Part shown: in pieces, positions 43,327 to 55,101 of the stretch
Layout of the letters: every line of letters starts with the position of its first letter
Numbering within the stretch: the stretch's first letter is position 1
Assembly (NCBI GenBank): GCA_024685285.1
Contig: JAIKVZ010000060.1
Span: 3,818-67,817 of the forward strand
Source of the DNA: Bacteroidales bacterium
GTDB lineage: Bacteria > Bacteroidota > Bacteroidia > Bacteroidales > P3
Direction: 5' to 3'
DNA length: 64,000 nucleotides
The notes under the pieces: generated by a model
Told to the model about the DNA's origin: nothing
The model's database searches: none
What the model saw: the letters and a program-made list of their open reading frames with translations, nothing else
Made by a program: the position numbers and the translations under genes

Positions 43327-43416
43327 CACGTCATAAAACCGTCAAAACCAAACAAAAACAACGGGCAACGACGCCCACAAACAAAAAAATTGTAAAACAT
43401 TTAAAATCAATAAGTC

Positions 43417-43800
43417 ATGGCAGACATCAAAGCTATCGCTGAAGAACTGGTTAACTTAACCGTAAAAGAAGTAAAAGAACTCGCTGACGTCCTCAAAGAG
43501 GAATACGGCATTGAACCCGCCGCTGCCGCTGTGGCCGTGGCCGCCCCCGCCGCCGGTGGCGCCGCCGCTGCCGCCGAGGAGAAATCCTCCTTCGACGTCA
43601 TCCTGAAAGGTGTGCCCGACATGACCAAGAAGCTCGCCGTTGTGAAAGCCGTCAAGGATATGGCCAGCTTGGGTCTTAAGGAGTCCAAAGAGCTCGTCGA
43701 CAACGCCCCCAAAACCGTTAAGGAAGGTGTTTCGAAAGACGAGGCCGAGTCGCTCAAGAAAGCCCTCGAAGAGGCCGGCGCCGAGATCGAGATCAAGTAG
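43417..43800 (+). CDS. rplL: 50S ribosomal protein L7/L12
   Basis: '[28 protein letters not shown]', an Ala-rich hinge, and '[28 protein letters not shown]'. Confidence 0.97.
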   Translation: MADIKAIAEELVNLTVKEVKELADVLKEEYGIEPAAAAVAVAAPAAGGAAAAAEEKSSFDVILKGVPDMTKKLAVVKAVKDMASLGLKESKELVDNAPKTVKEGVSKDEAESLKKALEEAGAEIEIK

Positions 43801-43821
43801 TCTGGACACTCCCGGTTTATC

Positions 43822-43863
43822 AAGGAATAGGGCCTCCGGCAACGTCCGGAGTGCCTATTCCTT
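43822..43863 (+). promoter_or_regulatory. Stable stem-loop in the rplL-rpoB spacer (attenuator or RNA-processing-site candidate)
   Basis: AAGGAATAGG-gc-CTCCGG-caacgt-CCGGAG-tg-CCTATTCCTT. No T-run follows. E. coli has an attenuator and an RNase III site at the equivalent position. Confidence 0.5.
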
Positions 43864-43956
43864 GCTGCTTGCAAACTCCCCCAAAGCCCGCGAGGCTACG
43901 CCCCTTCACAAGACCAGCAAAAAATTTCACGCTTTAAAAGAAAAAACAAACAACCC

Positions 43957-46900
43957 TTGGCAACAATAGAACCCAAAGTAGTCAATTTCGCGTCGGTCCG
44001 CAAGTTCGACTACCCCGATTTCCTCGACATACAGCTGCAATCGTTCAAGGATTTCTTCCAGATTGAGACCAACCCCGACAACCGTCTGGACGAAGGCCTG
44101 TTCAAGGTTTTCAAAGAGAATTTCCCCATCTCTGACGCGCGCAACAATTTCACCCTTGAGTTTCTGGACTATTTCATAGACCCTCCCCGCTACACCATCG
44201 AGGAGTGCATTGAGCGCGGCCTGACATACAGCGTGCCCCTCAAAGCCAAACTCAAACTGAGCTGCAACGACCCCGAGAACGAAGAGTTCCAGGCCATTGA
44301 GCAGCCCGTGTACTTGGGTATGATACCCTACATGACACCAAAAGGCACCTTCGTCATCAACGGGGCCGAGCGCGTGGTGGTATCGCAGCTGCACCGCTCG
44401 CCGGGCGTATTCTTCGGCACCCAGTTCCACTCCAACGGCACGCAGCTCTACTCTGCGCGCATCATCCCCTTCAAAGGGTCGTGGATGGAATTCACCACCG
44501 ACATCAACAACGTGATGTACGCCTACATCGACCGCAAAAAGAAGCTCCCCATCACCACCCTGCTTCGCGCCATAGGCTTCGAGTCCGACAAAGACATACT
44601 CGACATATTCAGCCTGGCCGAAGAGGTGAAAGTGAACCGAGCCAACCTCAAAAAAGCCATAGGCAAACGCCTTGCCGCCAGAGTGGTGGACAGCTGGACC
44701 GAGGACTTTGTGGACGAGGACACCGGCGAGGTTGTCTCCATGGAGCGTACCGAAGTGGTGATTGAACGTGACGTTGAGCTGACCGAGGAAAATATCGAGA
44801 AGATTCTCGAACTCGACATCAAGTCAATCCTTGTCAAAGCCGAGGACAAAGACGGCATAGACTACTCTGTGATATACAACACCTTGAAGAAAGACACGGC
44901 CAATAATGCCAAGGAGGCCGTGGAATACATCTATCGCCAGTTGCGCAACGCCGAGCCCCCAGACGAGGAGACGGCCCGCGGCATCATAGAGAAACTCTTC
45001 TTCTCCGACAAACGCTATGATTTGGGCGACGTAGGCCGCTACCGAATCAACACAAAACTCAACCTCACTGTGCCCGACACCGTGAGAGTGCTCACCAAAG
45101 AGGATATCACCTCTATAATAAAATATCTCATAGAGCTCATCAACCAAAAAGCCGATGTGGACGATATCGACCACCTTTCGAACCGCCGCATACGCACCGT
45201 GGGAGAACAGCTCTACAACCAGTTCGGCGTGGGTCTGGCACGTATGGCCCGCACCATCCGTGAGCGCATGAACGTGCGCGACAACGAGGTCTTTACACCC
45301 ACCGAACTCATCAATGCCAAAACCCTGTCGTCGGTCATCAACTCGTTCTTTGGCACCAGCCAGTTGAGCCAGTTCATGGACCAGACCAATCCTTTGGCCG
45401 AAATCACCCACAAGCGCCGCATATCGGCCCTCGGTCCCGGAGGCCTTTCGCGCGAGCGCGCCGGTTTCGAAGTGCGCGACGTACACTACACACACTACGG
45501 TCGCCTCTGCACCATCGAGACCCCGGAAGGCCCCAATATCGGTCTTATCTCATCGCTGTGCGTCTACGCAAAAATCAATAACCTCGGCTTCATCGAGACA
45601 CCCTACCAGCGCGTAGTTGACGGTCAGGTGCAACTGGGTGAGGAGCCCATCTACCTCTCGGCCGAATCAGAAGAGAATAAAACCGTGGCCCAGGCCACTA
45701 CACCACAAGACAGCGAAGGCCGCATAACCGCAACCCGCGTCAAAGCGCGTCGCCAAGCCGACTTCCCCATAGTATCGCCCGAAGAGGTCGACCTCATGGA
45801 TGTGGCCTCCAACCAGATTGCATCTATAGCAGCTTCGGCCATTCCCTTCCTTGAACATGACGACGCCAACCGCGCCCTCATGGGCTCCAACATGATGCGC
45901 CAGGCAGTGCCTCTGCTCAATCCCGAGATACCCATCGTGGGTACCGGCATCGAAGAGTCTGTGGCCAAAGATTCACGCGTACTGCTCAACGCCCAAGCCG
46001 ACGGCGTGGTGGAATACGTAGACTCCACCAAAATCGTCATCAAGCACAACCGCACTGAGAAAGAGCGTCTGGTATCGTTTGACGACGATGTTAAAGAATA
46101 CCACCTCACCAAATACCAACGAACCAACCACTCGACTGCTATCAACCTGCGCCCCATCGTGAAGAAAGGCGACAAGGTTAAAAAAGGTCAGGTGCTGTGC
46201 GAAGGTTATGCTACCCAAAACGGCGAGCTGGCCTTGGGCCGCAACATGATGGTGGCATTCATGCCCTGGAAAGGATACAACTTTGAGGACGCTATCGTCA
46301 TATCCGAGCGCGTTGTCAAAGAAGACATATTCACCTCCGTACATGTTGAGGAATACACCCTCGAAGTGCGCGAAACCAAGCGCGGTAACGAGGAACTCAC
46401 CCGCGACATCCCCAACGTGGGTAACGAAGCCACCAAAGACCTTGACGAAAACGGCATAATCCGTATCGGCGCCGAGGTTAAGGAAGGCGACATTCTGATA
46501 GGTAAAATCACTCCGAAAGGTGAGTCGGATCCCACCCCCGAGGAGAAACTGCTGCGCGCCATCTTCGGCGACAAGGCAGGCGACGTCAAAGACGCCTCAC
46601 TCAAAGTTCCTCCCTCGGTGCACGGTGTGGTTATTGACAAAAAATTATTTGCCCGTGTGATACGCGACCGCAAGTCGCGTGCCCGCGAGAAAGAATTGCT
46701 TGCCAAACCTGAGGAAGAGTACCGTATGGAGTGCGAGGAACTCAAGTCGAAATTAGTCGACAAACTGGTTCTTCTGCTCAACAATAAAATCTCCAACGGT
46801 GTATATTCCAACCACAAAGAGGAACTCATACCCAAGAAAGTCAAGTTTGCCTCAAAGACCCTTCGTGCACTTGACTACACCGAGGTAAATCCCAACAAGT

Positions 46901-47760
46901 GGACTACCGACAAAGAAACCAACAACCTCATAAAAGAGCTGTTGAACAACTATAACGTGAAGTTCCGCGAAATCTCCGGCCGCTTCACCCGCAAGAAATT
47001 CGCCATCACCGTGGGCGACGACCTGCCAAGCGGAATAGTGCAGATGGCTAAGGTTTACATAGCCATGAAGCGCAAACTGCGCATCGGCGACAAGATGGCC
47101 GGCCGCCACGGTAACAAGGGTATCGTGTCGAAGATAGTGCGCGCCGAGGATATGCCATTCTTAGCCGACGGCACTCCGGTAGACATAGTGCTCAACCCCC
47201 TGGGTGTGCCTTCGCGAATGAACTTGGGACAGATATACGAAACCGTTCTCGGTTGGGCTGGAAAGAAACTCAACCTGCGTTTCAAGACTCCCATCTTCGA
47301 CGGTGCCACCCTCGAGCAAATCAACGACTATATGGAACAGGCAGGTCTGCCCGCCAATGGCCGAACCTACCTCTACGACGGCGAGACTGGCGAGCGCTTC
47401 GATCAGCCTGCCACCGTGGGTTACATCTATATGCTCAAACTGCACCATATGGTCGACGACAAGATGCACGCACGTTCCATAGGACCCTACTCCCTCATCA
47501 CCCAGCAACCGCTCGGCGGTAAGGCCAACTTTGGCGGACAGCGTTTCGGCGAGATGGAGGTATGGGCTCTCGAAGCTTTCGGTGCCTCGCACGTGCTGCA
47601 GGAGGTGCTCACTGTGAAGAGCGACGATGTGATGGGCCGCGCCAAGACCTACGAGTCTATTGTCAAGGGCGACAATATGCCCCCGGCTGGAACACCCGAG
47701 TCATTCAACGTCCTCATCCATGAACTCCGCGGCCTCGGCCTGGAAGTAAACTTCGACTGA
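43957..47760 (+). CDS. rpoB: DNA-directed RNA polymerase subunit beta
   Basis: Full-length collinearity with RpoB ('[22 protein letters not shown]', 'NMQRQAVPL'-type 'NMMRQAVPL', '[17 protein letters not shown]'). I saw no in-frame ATG upstream, so a TTG start at 43957 is assumed; the start is uncertain. Confidence 0.95.
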   Translation: MATIEPKVVNFASVRKFDYPDFLDIQLQSFKDFFQIETNPDNRLDEGLFKVFKENFPISDARNNFTLEFLDYFIDPPRYTIEECIERGLTYSVPLKAKLKLSCNDPENEEFQAIEQPVYLGMIPYMTPKGTFVINGAERVVVSQLHRSPGVFFGTQFHSNGTQLYSARIIPFKGSWMEFTTDINNVMYAYIDRKKKLPITTLLRAIGFESDKDILDIFSLAEEVKVNRANLKKAIGKRLAARVVDSWTEDFVDEDTGEVVSMERTEVVIERDVELTEENIEKILELDIKSILVKAEDKDGIDYSVIYNTLKKDTANNAKEAVEYIYRQLRNAEPPDEETARGIIEKLFFSDKRYDLGDVGRYRINTKLNLTVPDTVRVLTKEDITSIIKYLIELINQKADVDDIDHLSNRRIRTVGEQLYNQFGVGLARMARTIRERMNVRDNEVFTPTELINAKTLSSVINSFFGTSQLSQFMDQTNPLAEITHKRRISALGPGGLSRERAGFEVRDVHYTHYGRLCTIETPEGPNIGLISSLCVYAKINNLGFIETPYQRVVDGQVQLGEEPIYLSAESEENKTVAQATTPQDSEGRITATRVKARRQADFPIVSPEEVDLMDVASNQIASIAASAIPFLEHDDANRALMGSNMMRQAVPLLNPEIPIVGTGIEESVAKDSRVLLNAQADGVVEYVDSTKIVIKHNRTEKERLVSFDDDVKEYHLTKYQRTNHSTAINLRPIVKKGDKVKKGQVLCEGYATQNGELALGRNMMVAFMPWKGYNFEDAIVISERVVKEDIFTSVHVEEYTLEVRETKRGNEELTRDIPNVGNEATKDLDENGIIRIGAEVKEGDILIGKITPKGESDPTPEEKLLRAIFGDKAGDVKDASLKVPPSVHGVVIDKKLFARVIRDRKSRAREKELLAKPEEEYRMECEELKSKLVDKLVLLLNNKISNGVYSNHKEELIPKKVKFASKTLRALDYTEVNPNKWTTDKETNNLIKELLNNYNVKFREISGRFTRKKFAITVGDDLPSGIVQMAKVYIAMKRKLRIGDKMAGRHGNKGIVSKIVRAEDMPFLADGTPVDIVLNPLGVPSRMNLGQIYETVLGWAGKKLNLRFKTPIFDGATLEQINDYMEQAGLPANGRTYLYDGETGERFDQPATVGYIYMLKLHHMVDDKMHARSIGPYSLITQQPLGGKANFGGQRFGEMEVWALEAFGASHVLQEVLTVKSDDVMGRAKTYESIVKGDNMPPAGTPESFNVLIHELRGLGLEVNFD

Positions 47761-47804
47761 TTCAACAAAGATAGTTCATACACATAATTAAGTGAACAAT
47801 AGAC

Positions 47805-50800
47805 ATGGCTTTTAAACAAGAATCACAGATAAAGAACGATTTTAATTCGATTACCATCAGCCTGGCGTCGCCCGAGTCTATCAAGCAGCGCTCCTATGGC
47901 GAGGTAACCAAGCCCGAGACCATCAACTACCGCACCTACAAGCCCGAGCGCGACGGCCTTTTCTGCGAGAAGATATTCGGTCCCACTCGCGACTGGGAGT
48001 GCCACTGCGGCAAATACAAGCGCATACGTTACAAAGGCGTTGTATGCGACCGTTGCGGTGTGGAGGTAACCGAGAAGAAAGTACGCCGTGAACGCATGGG
48101 TCACATAGAACTCGTGGTGCCCGTGGCTCACATCTGGTTCTTCCGCTCGCTGCCAAACAAAATTGGCACCCTTCTCGATGTGCCCTCGAAAAAACTTGAG
48201 CAGGTTATTTATTACGAGAAATACATCGTTCTGCAACCAGGCAAAGCCACCCTCAACGAGCAGCCGGTGAAAAAACTTGACCTACTGGCCGAAGAGGAGT
48301 ATTATGCCATTATGGACAGCCTGCCCGAAGGCAACGAGCAACTGCCCGACAGCGATCCCGACAAGTTCATAGCCGGCATGGGAGCTGAGGCTCTCTACAA
48401 ACTGCTGTGCGAGATTGACCTCGACAGCGTGAGCTACGAACTGCGCGACCGTGCCTCGAAAGAGACCTCCAACCAACGCAAACAAGAGGCTTTGAAGCGC
48501 CTCAACATTGTCGAGTCGTTCCGCGACTCTCAGAAACGTATGCAGGCTCGCGGCTTGGACAACCGCCCCGAGTGGATGATAATGACCATCCTGCCCGTCA
48601 TCCCGCCTGACCTACGCCCCTTGGTGCCGCTTGACGGAGGCCGTTTCGCCACAAGTGACATCAACGAACTCTACCGCCGCGTCATAATTCGCAACAACCG
48701 ACTCAAACGCCTTGTCGAAATCAAAGCCCCGGAAGTCATCATGCGCAATGAGAAACGTATGTTACAAGAAGCCGTGGACTCGCTGTTCGACAACTCTCGC
48801 AAAGTCTCCAGTGTAAAGAGCGACTCCAACCGTTCGCTCAAATCACTCTCAGACTCGCTCAAAGGCAAACAGGGCCGCTTCCGTCAGAACCTACTCGGAA
48901 AACGTGTGGACTACTCTGGCCGCTCGGTCATCGTGGTAGGTCCCGAGCTCAAAATGCACGAGTGCGGTCTGCCCAAAGACATGGCCTCAGAACTCTTCAA
49001 ACCGTTCATCATTCGCAAACTGCTTGAGCGCGGCATAGTCAAGACTGTAAAATCGGCCAAACGCATAGTGGACCGTAAAGACCCTGTGGTATGGGAAATT
49101 CTTGAGAACACACTTAAGGGACACCCCATACTCCTCAACCGCGCCCCCACCCTGCACCGCCTTGGTATACAGGCCTTCCAGCCTAAGTTGGTCGAAGGCA
49201 AAGCTATACGCCTGCACCCGTTGGTGTGTACCGGTTTCAACGCCGACTTCGATGGCGACCAGATGGCCGTCCATGTGCCGCTGGGCAACGCCGCCATACT
49301 CGAGGCTCAGCTACTCATGCTCTCCACCCACAACATCCTAAACCCCGCCAACGGAGCCCCCATCACCGTGCCTTCGCAGGACATGGTGCTCGGACTATAC
49401 TACATGACAAAACCCCGCCACACTACAGACACCGAGACAGTAAAAGGCGAGGGCCAGCGATTCTACTCGCCCGAAGAAGTCATCATAGCCTACAACGAGC
49501 ACAGAGTAGACCTCAACGCCTGCATTAGCGTCAAGTTAGGTTCGTATCAAGGTCGGGATGAGTTCGACTTCGTCAAGACAGACAGGACTTTCACCGAGGT
49601 CATCAAAGACAGCAAGGGTAACCTCTTGACCGACCGCGACTGTACCACCGATGCCGAAAAAGCCGAACGCAGCCGCACCGAGTTCGAAATACGCCGCGAC
49701 CGCGACGGCAACCCCGTACTCGACGCCAGAGGCCACTTCATAAAGACCGACCGTCTGCGCACTACCGTGGGCCGCGTTATATTCAACCAGGTTGTACCCA
49801 AAGAATATGGATACATCAATCAGGTGATGGGCAAAAAGTCGCTGCGTGACATCATCGGCGACATCTTCACCGTGTGCGGTAACGCCGTCACCGCCAACTT
49901 CCTCGACGACATCAAGAATATGGGCTACCGCCAGGCATTCCGCGGAGGCCTTTCCTTCAACCTTGGCGACGTCATAATACCCGCTGAGAAAGAAAGCCTC
50001 ATCGAGAAAGCCAACGAAGAGGTGGAAGAGGTTATGGCTCAATACGCCATGGGTCTCATCACCAACAACGAGCGCTACAACCACGTTATCGACATCTGGA
50101 CCAACACCAACAACAAACTCACTGAGACGTTGATGAAGCAGCTCAAGGCCGACAACCAGGGTTTCAACCCCATATATATGATGTACGACTCTGGAGCTCG
50201 TGGTAGCAAGGAGCAGATTCGTCAGCTCTCCGGTATGCGCGGCCTTATGGCCAAGCCTCAGAAAGCTGGTGCCGCTGGCAATGAGATTATCGAGAACCCC
50301 ATCATTTCCAACTTCAAGGAGGGTCTGCTGGTTCACGAGTACTTCATTTCTACTCACGGTGCACGTAAAGGTCTGTCAGATACCGCTCTGAAGACCGCCG
50401 ACGCTGGTTACCTCACCCGCCGTCTGGTCGATGTGGCACACGATGTCATCATCACCACCGAAGACTGCGGCACCCTGCGCGGCCTGCCCACTACAGCCCT
50501 CAAGAAAGGCGAAGACATAGTGCAGTCTCTTGCCGAGCGCATACTCGGCCGCACCTCTGTGCACGACATCGTTGACCCGCACACTGGCGAAATGATTGCC
50601 CCTGCCGGCGAAGAATTGACCGAAGATATCTGCCGCCGCATTGAAGAAGCTGGCATCGAAGAGGTCGAGATTCGTTCCGTCCTCACCTGCGAAAGTAAGC
50701 ACGGCGTGTGTGCCAAGTGCTATGGCCGCAACCTTGCTACCGGCAAGATGGTTCAGAAGGGCGAGGCAGTAGGCGTTATTGCGGCACAAGCCATCGGCGA

Positions 50801-52286
50801 GCCCGGCACACAGCTCACCCTGCGTACATTCCACGTGGGTGGCGTGGCCGGTGGCAACATCGGTACTTCATCGAGCCTCGTGGCCAAACAAGAGGGTCGC
50901 CTGGAAATTGACGAGCTCCGAGCCATACCTTACACCGAAAACGATGGTACGGAATACCACATCGTCATGGGCCGTTCTGCCGAGATGCGCATAGTCGACA
51001 ACAAGACCGGTATCACTCTCTTCTCTGCCCTCATACCCTACGGTTCCAAGCTCTACAAAGCCGCCGGCGACCAATTAGCCAAAGGCGACCTTATAGCCGA
51101 ATGGGATCCTTACAACGCCGTCATCATAAGCGACGTTGCTGGTACCGTGGCATTCGAGAACGTTATCGAGAACGTTACCTACCGCGTAGAAAGCGATGCC
51201 CAGACAGGATTGCAGGATAAAGTGGTAATCGAGAGCCGTCAACGCACCAAGAACCCCACTCTCAACGTGGTCGACAAAGAGGGCAACATCCTCAAAGTTT
51301 ACGACTTGCCTGTCGGTGCCCACATCGGTGTTGACAAAGGACAGAAACTGCGCGCTGGTGACATCATGGTCAAGATACCGCGTTCTTTCGGCAAAGCTGG
51401 CGATATCACGGGCGGTCTGCCGCGTGTTACCGAGCTCTTCGAAGCACGCAACCCGTCCGACCCTGCCATCGTGGCCGAAATCGACGGCATTGTGTCCATT
51501 GCCAAGAAGCTCAAACGCAACAACCGCGAGATAACCATCACCTCCAAGACCGGCGAGCAACGCTCATACCTGATACCTACCTCTAAGCAAATTCTTGCAC
51601 AGGATAGCGACTACATCAAGGCCGGCACTCCTCTCTCCGACGGTGCCATAACCCCGGCCGACATTCTGGCCATCAAGGGCCCGATGCGCGTCCAAGAGTA
51701 CATCGTGAACGAGGTGCAGGAGGTCTACCGCCTGCAAGGTGTGAAAATCAACGACAAGCACTTCGAAGTCATTGTGCGTCAGATGATGCGCAAGGTCGAA
51801 ATCGAAGACCCGGGCGACACCCGTTACCTTGAAGGCGAGTTGGTCAACAAACTCGACTTCCACGCCACCAACGACGAAATATTCGGCATGAAGGTTGTTG
51901 AGGACAGTGGCGACAGCGAGACCCTCAAGAATGGCCAGATTATCACTGCCCGCCAGTTGCGCGACGAAAATTCGCATCTGCGCCGTCAAGACAAAAAACT
52001 TGTTCAGGTGCGCGATGCCAAGCCCGCAACCTCGAAGCAGATTCTGCAAGGTATCACCCGTGCTTCGCTACAAACCAAGTCGTTCATCTCGGCCGCCTCG
52101 TTCCAGGAGACCACCAAGGTGCTCACTGAGGCCGCCATCAACGCCAAACAAGACTACTTGGAAGGCATGAAGGAGAACGTCATTGTGGGTCACCTGATAC
52201 CTGCCGGCACAGGCCTGCGCGAGTATCAAGACCTCATCGTCGGCAACAAGGATGAACTTGAGGCCGCCACAGCAGCCGCCAAGTGA
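47805..52286 (+). CDS. rpoC: DNA-directed RNA polymerase subunit beta'
   Basis: Zinc finger '[23 protein letters not shown]', catalytic '[12 protein letters not shown]' and full-length collinearity. 1,493 aa. Confidence 0.97.
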   Translation: MAFKQESQIKNDFNSITISLASPESIKQRSYGEVTKPETINYRTYKPERDGLFCEKIFGPTRDWECHCGKYKRIRYKGVVCDRCGVEVTEKKVRRERMGHIELVVPVAHIWFFRSLPNKIGTLLDVPSKKLEQVIYYEKYIVLQPGKATLNEQPVKKLDLLAEEEYYAIMDSLPEGNEQLPDSDPDKFIAGMGAEALYKLLCEIDLDSVSYELRDRASKETSNQRKQEALKRLNIVESFRDSQKRMQARGLDNRPEWMIMTILPVIPPDLRPLVPLDGGRFATSDINELYRRVIIRNNRLKRLVEIKAPEVIMRNEKRMLQEAVDSLFDNSRKVSSVKSDSNRSLKSLSDSLKGKQGRFRQNLLGKRVDYSGRSVIVVGPELKMHECGLPKDMASELFKPFIIRKLLERGIVKTVKSAKRIVDRKDPVVWEILENTLKGHPILLNRAPTLHRLGIQAFQPKLVEGKAIRLHPLVCTGFNADFDGDQMAVHVPLGNAAILEAQLLMLSTHNILNPANGAPITVPSQDMVLGLYYMTKPRHTTDTETVKGEGQRFYSPEEVIIAYNEHRVDLNACISVKLGSYQGRDEFDFVKTDRTFTEVIKDSKGNLLTDRDCTTDAEKAERSRTEFEIRRDRDGNPVLDARGHFIKTDRLRTTVGRVIFNQVVPKEYGYINQVMGKKSLRDIIGDIFTVCGNAVTANFLDDIKNMGYRQAFRGGLSFNLGDVIIPAEKESLIEKANEEVEEVMAQYAMGLITNNERYNHVIDIWTNTNNKLTETLMKQLKADNQGFNPIYMMYDSGARGSKEQIRQLSGMRGLMAKPQKAGAAGNEIIENPIISNFKEGLLVHEYFISTHGARKGLSDTALKTADAGYLTRRLVDVAHDVIITTEDCGTLRGLPTTALKKGEDIVQSLAERILGRTSVHDIVDPHTGEMIAPAGEELTEDICRRIEEAGIEEVEIRSVLTCESKHGVCAKCYGRNLATGKMVQKGEAVGVIAAQAIGEPGTQLTLRTFHVGGVAGGNIGTSSSLVAKQEGRLEIDELRAIPYTENDGTEYHIVMGRSAEMRIVDNKTGITLFSALIPYGSKLYKAAGDQLAKGDLIAEWDPYNAVIISDVAGTVAFENVIENVTYRVESDAQTGLQDKVVIESRQRTKNPTLNVVDKEGNILKVYDLPVGAHIGVDKGQKLRAGDIMVKIPRSFGKAGDITGGLPRVTELFEARNPSDPAIVAEIDGIVSIAKKLKRNNREITITSKTGEQRSYLIPTSKQILAQDSDYIKAGTPLSDGAITPADILAIKGPMRVQEYIVNEVQEVYRLQGVKINDKHFEVIVRQMMRKVEIEDPGDTRYLEGELVNKLDFHATNDEIFGMKVVEDSGDSETLKNGQIITARQLRDENSHLRRQDKKLVQVRDAKPATSKQILQGITRASLQTKSFISAASFQETTKVLTEAAINAKQDYLEGMKENVIVGHLIPAGTGLREYQDLIVGNKDELEAATAAAK

Positions 52287-52311
52287 CATACATGTTATAC
52301 TCCAACACATG

Positions 52312-52350
52312 ACCGAGAGCCTTGTTTACCAAGGCTCTCGGTGTTTTTTT
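52312..52350 (+). terminator. Rho-independent terminator after rpoC
   Basis: 12-bp stem ACCGAGAGCCTT / AAGGCTCTCGGT followed by G plus 7 T. Confidence 0.8.
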
Positions 52351-52393
52351 GCACACTGACACAATAAAAAAGCATTCCGACCGTTATATAGAT

Positions 52394-52933
52394 ATGAAAA
52401 CCAAGTTTCTGAAATTCAAGAGCTGGCTGCTCGGAGCCCTGCTGGGCTCATTAGGGTTGGGCGGCTGCCACTGCGCCAAAAATACAGCCACACCAGAGCC
52501 CGAGCCCGCCACCCCCACTGCACCGACGCCACTGCCAGACACCACTGCTGTGCGCCGTCCGCAGCCGCGCGACGAGATAAGGCTTATGTACGGAGTGCCC
52601 ACCGTCGATTTCCATGTGCGCGGACAGGTCATCTCGCCCAACGGCAAACCCGTCGAAGGCGTTGAGGTAATGTTGCTCGAAGAAGGCATGGATGCAACGC
52701 CAGACACCATCTACGGCAATCCCGAGTCGATACGCCGCTATTCCGAGAAGAATGCCATACGCACCGACAACGATGGTCGCTTTGAATTGAAAACCAGCCG
52801 TATACCACGCGGAAACCTAAAAATGTTGGTACGCGACGTCGATGGCAAACGCAACGGTACTTACAAGAACCAGCTATTAGACTTGGGTAACGACACCAAC
52901 GTTGAAATCTCTGTAAATCTGGAGAAAAAATAG
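52394..52933 (+). CDS. Putative lipoprotein with a carboxypeptidase-regulatory-like beta-sandwich (radical-SAM-associated)
   Basis: Lipobox 'SLGLGGC', a P/T/E-rich linker, then 'FHVRGQVISPNGKPVEGVEVMLLE...TDNDGRFELK', typical of CarboxypepD_reg-like folds. Its stop is 8 nt before the rSAM ORF. Confidence 0.6.
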   Translation: MKTKFLKFKSWLLGALLGSLGLGGCHCAKNTATPEPEPATPTAPTPLPDTTAVRRPQPRDEIRLMYGVPTVDFHVRGQVISPNGKPVEGVEVMLLEEGMDATPDTIYGNPESIRRYSEKNAIRTDNDGRFELKTSRIPRGNLKMLVRDVDGKRNGTYKNQLLDLGNDTNVEISVNLEKK

Positions 52934-52940
52934 CCTCACT

Positions 52941-54014
52941 GTGCAATCTCCAACGCTCAAACAACGCCTCGCACTTGAACTCTGGCGCGGTATGCGCCAC
53001 GCAGCCGCCCAGCAGCACGAGTTGCGCACCCTCTTCTGGGAGTGCACCCTGCGCTGCAACCTCAATTGCCGGCACTGTGGCAGCGACTGCAAAGCACAGC
53101 CCGCCGTGCCCGATATGCCGGCCGCCGACTTCCTGAAAGTTGTAGACAGCCTGTTGCCACACGTTGACCCTCATCGTCTCTTCGTCATAATAACCGGCGG
53201 CGAGGCCCTACTCAGGCCCGACCTTGAGGATGTGGGCCGCGAACTATACCGACGCGAGATGCCGTGGGGCGTGGTTACCAACGGAATGCTGCTCGACGAG
53301 CGCCGTATGGAGAGCCTGCTTGAGGCTGGTTTGCACTCGGCTGCGGTGAGCCTCGACGGGCTGGAACCCGAGCATAACTGGATGCGTCGCAACCCACAGA
53401 GTCACAGCCATGCCATGCACGCCATAGACCTGCTCGCAGCCGCCTCAAACGAGATAGTGTGGGACGTTGTCACCTGCGTCAACCCACACAACTACAACCA
53501 ACTGGCCGAAATCAAAGAGGAACTCATCTCGCACGGTGTCAAACTCTGGCGACTATTCACCATATTCCCCATGGGGCGCGCCGCCGGCAACGAAAGCCTG
53601 CAACTGAGTGCCGAGCAGGTGCGCGGCACTCTCGACTTCATAGCCACCACCCGCCGCGAAGGCCGCATACACGCCAGCTACGCCTGCGAGGGCTACTTGG
53701 GCCGCTACGAGGGCGTGGTGCGCGACCACCTGTTCCAATGCCGCGCCGGTGTCGAGGTAGCATCGGTGCTATGCGACGGCTCCATATCAGGCTGCACATC
53801 AATACGCAGCAATATGCACCAGGGCAATATCTACCGTGATGACCTTTGGCAGGTGTGGAACGAGCGTTTCCAGCCCTACCGCGACCGCAGCTGGGCCCAC
53901 AAAGAGCAGTGCTCACACTGCCGCTCGTGGCGCTACTGCGAAGGCAACGGCCTGCACCTATACGACGACAACGGCCACCTGCTGCACTGCCACCTGCATA
54001 CCTTGGAGGGTTAA
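52941..54014 (+). CDS. Radical SAM enzyme with a C-terminal SPASM (auxiliary 4Fe-4S) domain
   Basis: CX3CX2C 'CNLNCRHC' and a GGE-like 'ITGGEALL'. C-terminal Cys cluster 'CRAG...CDGSISGC...CSHCRSWRYCEGNG'. The start is either GTG 52941 or ATG 52992. Confidence 0.8.
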   Translation: MQSPTLKQRLALELWRGMRHAAAQQHELRTLFWECTLRCNLNCRHCGSDCKAQPAVPDMPAADFLKVVDSLLPHVDPHRLFVIITGGEALLRPDLEDVGRELYRREMPWGVVTNGMLLDERRMESLLEAGLHSAAVSLDGLEPEHNWMRRNPQSHSHAMHAIDLLAAASNEIVWDVVTCVNPHNYNQLAEIKEELISHGVKLWRLFTIFPMGRAAGNESLQLSAEQVRGTLDFIATTRREGRIHASYACEGYLGRYEGVVRDHLFQCRAGVEVASVLCDGSISGCTSIRSNMHQGNIYRDDLWQVWNERFQPYRDRSWAHKEQCSHCRSWRYCEGNGLHLYDDNGHLLHCHLHTLEG

Positions 54015-54092
54015 CTCTTTTTTTCTCAGCCTCTTGCAAACTAATTTCAAAAGGTACACAATATTTTGTGTAGGTGCGCGTTATTGTTATAT

Positions 54093-55064
54093 ATGAAAGT
54101 CCTCCTGCTTGGCGCTACCGGTATGCTTGGGCACAATGTGCTGCGCTGCCTGACGGCTCACGGCCATCTGGTGCGAGCCGTAGTGCGTAACGCCGCCAGT
54201 AGTCTGGAGCCCTCGCCACTGCTTGAGACCGTGACAGCCCCCGAGCTAAACCGTAGCGTGTTGCTGGCCGCCGCCGATAGCTGCGAGGCAATAGTGAACT
54301 GTGCCGGATGCACCGACATGGGTCTGCTGCGCCTCGATGACTACCTGCCTGCCAACCGCGACCTCTGCCAGACCCTGCTGCAGGTAATGCTGCAACGGCC
54401 TGTGCGCACGCTGGTTCACATAAGTACCGCCAACACACTGTGGCACGGCACCGACAGCCATCCGGGCACCGAGGAACGCGAGGCCGCAGAGCCTTTCAGC
54501 CTGTCGCTCTACGAGCAGAGCAAAGCCCAGGGCGAACAGTTGCTCCTACAGGCAGCCAAAGGTCTGGCCGACAAGCGCATAGTGGTGCTCAACCCCGGCT
54601 TTATCATAGGCGGCGGAGGCCTCCATCCATCGTCGGGCCAGTTGGTCCGTATGGGATGGCGCAAACCCTTGATGGCCGCGCCACGGGGAGGCAAAAGCTT
54701 TGTGGCCGCCACCACTGTAGCCCGTGCCGCCGAGGCCGCCTTAAGAGAGGGTCGCAACGGCGAGCGCTATCTGATAACCTCTGACAACCTGACTTTCAAG
54801 CAATTCTATGCCCTGTGTGCCAATGTAGGCGGCTACCGCCAACACATAGTGCTGCTGCCAAACTGGGTGGTGCGTGCCGCCGGACGCCTTGGCGACACCC
54901 TGCGCCTCGCCGGCGTCAAAACCCAACTGAGCAGCGTCAACACAGCCTTGCTCTTGGAACAGGAGCATTTTTGCAGCACCAAAGCCTACGCCGAACTGCA
55001 CATAGAACCCGACCCCTTGGACGAGGCCATACGCCAGTGCATGGGGCTCGCCAACTCACAGTAA
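54093..55064 (+). CDS. NAD(P)-dependent epimerase/dehydratase-family (extended SDR) protein
   Basis: N-terminal Rossmann motif 'MKVLLLGATGMLGHNV' and a 'YEQSK' (YxxxK) catalytic motif. Confidence 0.7.
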   Translation: MKVLLLGATGMLGHNVLRCLTAHGHLVRAVVRNAASSLEPSPLLETVTAPELNRSVLLAAADSCEAIVNCAGCTDMGLLRLDDYLPANRDLCQTLLQVMLQRPVRTLVHISTANTLWHGTDSHPGTEEREAAEPFSLSLYEQSKAQGEQLLLQAAKGLADKRIVVLNPGFIIGGGGLHPSSGQLVRMGWRKPLMAAPRGGKSFVAATTVARAAEAALREGRNGERYLITSDNLTFKQFYALCANVGGYRQHIVLLPNWVVRAAGRLGDTLRLAGVKTQLSSVNTALLLEQEHFCSTKAYAELHIEPDPLDEAIRQCMGLANSQ

Positions 55065-55101
55065 GCCAATTAAACCAATAACCAACAATAAAAACATCAT
55101 C

